64,000 nt of DNA from the NCBI GenBank assembly GCA_030264375.1, contig JASCQW010000099.1, positions 36,167,739-36,231,738 on the forward strand, in the 5' to 3' direction. Below, one piece after another: positions 59,570 through 64,000 of this stretch. The notes beneath the pieces are model-generated. The model ran no database searches and was not told the origin of the DNA. It saw nothing but the letters and a program-made list of their open reading frames with translations. Every line of letters starts with the position of its first letter. Positions within the stretch are counted from its first letter, which is position 1. Source of the DNA: Carcharhinus longimanus. Lineage: Eukaryota. The position numbers and the translations under genes are program-made.

Positions 59570-59890
59570 CAAATAATAAAATACAACTTAAATGGAGAGA
59601 GATTGCAGAACTCAATGGTACAGAGGGATCTGGGCATCCTGGCACATGAATCTCAAAAGATTAGTAAGCAGGTACACCAAGTAATTACTAAGACAAATGA
59701 AAGTAGGGAAATTTTACTGCAGCTGAACAAGGACATTGTTGAAGCCACATCTGGAATAATGTGTGTTGAAAACATATATAATTGTGTTAGGAACAGTACA
59801 GAACAGGTTCACTGGACTAATTCTTGGGATGAAGGACTTAACCAAGGAAGAAAGAAAGATTGAACAGGTTGGGGTTTGGAGTTTGGTGGT
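59570..59890 (+). mobile_element. CR1 fragment
   Basis: YNLNGERLQNSMVQRDLGILAHES. Confidence 0.75.
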
Positions 59891-60126
59891 CCTACGGTTA
59901 ACATCAACACTTAGGACCAAGGGGGGGAATAAGCAACCATGGTTCCTACTCCTAATTGATTTTGACTTGGAAGTTTCTGAGTGAGGATTAATTAGTATAT
60001 CCATTCCCACCATCTGTTCCACCCTCTGTTCAAACAGCATGCCAAAAGTCACCAGCCAGTCTCTCAAATAAGCATTAGAATGTGTCTTGAGACCCTGGAT
60101 GTAAGGAATCAACAAATTATTATTTT

Positions 60127-60527
60127 AGAACATAAAACATAGGAAAACTACAGCACAAACAGGCTCTTTGGCCCACAAGTTGCGCCAATGATATCCCTAC
60201 CTACTAGGCTTACCTATAACCCTCAATTCTATTAAGCCCCATGTACTCATCCAGAAGTCTCTTAAAAGATCCTATCGAATTTGCCTCCAAGTAGGCTTAC
60301 ATTAACTCTGCAGTGAAGTTATTGTAAAAACCCTCGAGTCACTACACTCTGACACTTGTTTGGATGCACTGAGGGAGAATTTAGCATCACCAGTAAACCT
60401 AATTAGCACATCTTTCGGACTTGTGAAAGGAAACCGGAGTACCTGGAGGAAATCCACACAGACAATGACCCAAGCTAGGAGTTGAACCTTAGCTGTGAGG
60501 CAGCAGTGCTAACCACTCTGCTGCCAT
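60127..60527 (-). mobile_element. CR1 tail (60127-60290) adjacent to a V-SINE (60290-60527)
   Basis: Antisense tail repeat; GGAAACCGGAGTACCTGGAGGAAA V-domain and GCTAACCAC head. Confidence 0.8.
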
Positions 60528-61095
60528 TGGGAGAAAAATTGATAAATCTCAATTTACCAGTATTGTACTGTAAAACTAGGCTATCTGCCAGGTGCATTCT
60601 AATTTTTGTTCAAGAATGTCCAAATATTTAATAAAATTTCAATGCCAAATCTAATTCATAATCCCTGTATTGGATGTTTGCAGTGCAAAATATTTTATTT
60701 CTTTACCAGTGCGGAAGGTCTTTATAATTTTTTGTAGCTCCAGTAATGTATCCACAAAATAATTTTGACCCCTTTTTGTTTTCCTTTCATCCTGTTCACA
60801 TAACAGTTTCTTCCTTGCATCATTCTCTACAAGCAATCTGTTTGTAGAGTTTAACAATACCTTTCAGTAATTAGTGCCTTTGTTACCCCACTTGCTGAGC
60901 TCCCTCCAAATATCAACTACACTATTTCGTTGAATCAAGCTTTAGGACACCTATTTAATGTCCAGTTAACATGTTTCTGTGCAACCAATAGTAATAGACA
61001 CTTAAGATTTTGGTATATGTATATTACATAATATATATAAAGTTTCAGATACTGAATTAGGTAAAAACGTAATTAAAATTTTTTATTTTGTTTAG

Positions 61096-61149
61096 ACCAA
61101 GACTTATGATTCTGTCACGGACAAGTTCATGGATTTTTCCTTTGAAAAG
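61096..61149 (+). CDS. USP34: USP34 coding exon (TKTYDSVTDKFMDFSFEK)
   Basis: gtttag| ... AAG|gtaaat; 54 nt; next exon not found in the window. Confidence 0.96.
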
Positions 61150-61489
61150 GTAAATTTTTTAGCGAATAATCAGGATTTAATATTTTATATTTATTGCTAT
61201 TTGGAGATGATGATCATTATCGAATAGTTCTACATCTTTTGTAATGCTTTTTTAACCCCCCACTTTTGGTATTGCATTCCTTTTGGTTGAAAGCAGTGGG
61301 AGGACCTGACTGATGTGGAGATGCTGGGGTATACTGACTGACCATTGGAACAAGCGTTTTTACTGACAAGCTCTTTATAAAATATGGCAGATATATTTGT
61401 TCACTTAACAGAGATAAATATAACTAATTTGCATATTTTCAGTTTTAATGTGAAAAAACTTTTCATCCATAACTTGAACACTAAGTTTT

Positions 61490-62142
61490 AGGCAGAACTT
61501 TTCCTCCAAAAAAAACGAAATGTCATAATGGTGAAAAACCAGAGTAATTGCACTGGTACATCAGGCGCACTACAGACTATGGTCATCTCACACTCAGTCA
61601 CGTTTTGGGACAGTGGTGAGTTTTGTGGAGCCTGGCTGCTCAAGAGCAGTTTCACAAGGTTGTCCCTATCTTTCAGTGCTCTGGGAGACCCCGCTTCATT
61701 GACATGTTCCCCCACCCCTCTCCCACATGGGTCACCAGCATTGCCCCCACCTCTCCCCAGTAATGACCCCTGCATGATTTCTGGCCCCCATAGCCCGCCC
61801 TGTCATAACCAACCCCTTGGAACTACTTTTGGCACACTGCCAGGGCACTATGAGGCCACTGCCTGGCATTCCACCCACCGCCTGGGGCTTCAATGGCCTC
61901 CTATGTGATGTCCCACTGGAGAGGTAGGAACATTCCAGGAGGGGGCACAATAGTGTGCCAAACTCACTAAGAGATTGAAATCTAGTCAATCTCATGCTAA
62001 TAAGTCTGCGATCCGTTTCATGCGTGTAGAAAGGGACCAGGATGCTTGCAAACCTTTGGTATCAGGTATGGAACCGATTTTTTTTTTTAGGCCTGCAAGC
62101 TATTTTCTGCAAGAAGCACAGTAAGGTTTGAAAGTCGCCCCC
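61490..62142. mobile_element. Decayed non-autonomous DNA-transposon-like element related to those at ~5608-6330 and 2812-3700
   Basis: GGCAGAACTTTTCC start, GGCACTGCC-type internal motifs, AAAGTCGCCCC end. Confidence 0.45.
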
Positions 62143-64000
62143 TCTGTCTTGGAAACTCATGTCCTGAAAATGAGAATATGATTTTAATTGTGCTAATCTG
62201 ATTTTTATTATGCTAATACAATTTTTATTCTATCACTTGTTGATATTGACTGGCATTGCACATGAGGAGTAAAGACTAAGTGCAGATCAACCCAAGTCTG
62301 GGAGGAAGATGTAGAGAGAAGGAGGACTGAAGAAAGGGTGGAAGAGAACCAAGAAGAAAGCAGGGTGCATGAAAAAAAAATAAACCAGGTGCTTCCCTAC
62401 AATGACAAAGGGATGCCTTGTTTATCTGTGCATATTTTCTAATAAGAGTAGCTTTTATTTTATCAAATTACCAAGGAAACCTGGAGTTTATGTTTGCAAC
62501 TACTAATCCACGTGGCTCAGATTAGGATCTCTAAATTTTGAGGTAATGGGTGTGATTTTCCTTCTCAGCAGGGTAGTCATTGCTTGTGTTAAGTACCTGT
62601 ACAATATTTACATACATTGTAGAAATCTGTTGTACAAGGCAATCTCATATTTTGGTCCAAAGATCGTGTTTTTGATGTACTTGACCCATAAGCTGACCCC
62701 CCCNNNNNNNNNNNNNNNNNNNNNNNNNNNNNNNNNNNNNNNNNNNNNNNNNNTCACCCTGCAACTGGATGTTTTACTTACTGGTACCTTATAACTGAGT
62801 GCGAGGGAGCAAGCAGCTGATGCACTGTTGCAAAGATAAATGTGATATTAAGGCACACCCATACAGAGCAGATCCCATGTGAAAAAAGTGGTGATTTCCC
62901 ACATTCCATTTTTATATTTGAAGTATAAGGCAACTTCTGTTTTTGGGGGGCATCACTTGAGGTTTCAGAGGTTGACTTATTTGCTAACAACTACGGAATT
63001 GGACATCTGTTAAAGGTATACATGTGATAAAATGTGTAATGGGGAAAATCTGTACCACTAATAGGGATAAACAGGAAAGGTTTGGAAACCTTTTTTAATT
63101 TAGTTGAGGATTTCTGTTCCCTTGTTACAGGGACAGAAAATCCATGATATGATTTGTATTTGTTGTTCATTGGACTGGCTGCATTTCCACTGCCTGTTGT
63201 TTAGACATACAGGTCTCCATTTAGTGAATTAATGTTGTTGTCAGTGGATGATAATTGCAGACGAATATTATTCAAGAGCTGAAAAACTTTTGGTTTTTGA
63301 TTATGAAGTCATTTGCAAGATGAAATTCATATTGCCTACAACACAACCATTCTTTCCATCCCACTTGTTACAACATTGTCTAGGTTATCCTGTCGGAGTG
63401 TCATTTTGGTGAGGCATTGTTATTGCATCTTTGGAATCATTTATTAAATTAGGAGAGGTACTGAGAAGGTGATGCCAATTTTTGAGGGAGAAATAAACTG
63501 ATTTGAAGGAAAGTCATTTTACTTGCATTGTTTACCTGAGATTATTCCTCGGCCAAAGTGAATGGTGTTTAAAGGTAATCCTGCACAATTATTTAACTAC
63601 TAGTTGATCTCCTGAGATGTCATACAGTAAGGCAGGAAACTTAGTAACTCTTAGCTGTCTCTTGCTGCTGTTGCTTTGTTTTTCCTTTTTCTCCCATCTG
63701 TTTCTCTTGATGCATCAGCTTGTTTTCGCCTTTGTTTTTCTCGCTCCATTTTGTATTCCTTCCTTTCACATAATGTGATATTATGGGGAGAATAACTCTT
63801 GTCTTTTGCAGCTGCCTTCCCTTTCTCCTCCAATTACTTGCGTTTCTCCACCTAATTTTTGCCATTGTCTCTAAGCCCTTCATCTCTTTGCTCTGACCAA
63901 AGATTCGACTTATTGCTTTAGTGTTATTCACCTCACTCTTAACGCACTATCCATTGATCTCCCCCTCCCCTCACCGTGTTTAATATATTGTTTAAAATTT

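Larger units (their letters stand above)
2239..61149 (+). other. USP34: USP34 (ubiquitin-specific peptidase 34) gene, internal part: 23 coding exons, 851 codons
   Basis: Exons joined by hand at AG/GT (one GC) boundaries keep a single open frame. The peptide matches recalled vertebrate USP34 from CEELHLHAENLSRR to TKTYDSVTDKFMDFSFEK. Confidence 0.97.

Noticed and set aside
1-64000. tRNA, snoRNA or U12-type introns
   Set aside because: The tRNA-like segments are SINE heads; no C/D or H/ACA structure could be supported; no RTATCCT donor is present at any USP34 exon.

Overview
Vertebrate nuclear DNA, almost certainly a cartilaginous fish (shark/ray), inferred from HE1-type V-SINEs, a SacSINE1-type Deu-SINE and HER1/CR1 LINEs. 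It comes from a gapped assembly. The window lies inside one gene, the deubiquitinase USP34, on the + strand. I assembled 23 internal coding exons (2239..61149; 2553 nt = 851 codons, phases consistent, no stops) that include the USP Cys box (GLTNLGATCY) and His box (HTGTADGGHY...FND); both gene ends lie outside the window. Introns are filled with decayed CR1/L2/Rex-Babar LINEs, SINEs, GGG..CCC MITEs, satellites and Penelope-like (Neptune-type) elements whose pseudo-LTRs carry minimal hammerhead ribozyme motifs. No prokaryotic-type systems (CRISPR, operons) are present. Most worth following up: a candidate in-frame 78-nt cassette exon, a GC-AG intron, a SINE tail that supplies a 3' splice site, intronic hammerhead motifs in inverted Penelope arrays, a double fold-back with a duplicated loop, and weak, speculative hints of a decayed antisense gene inside the introns. 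All family assignments come from recalled consensus motifs, not database searches.
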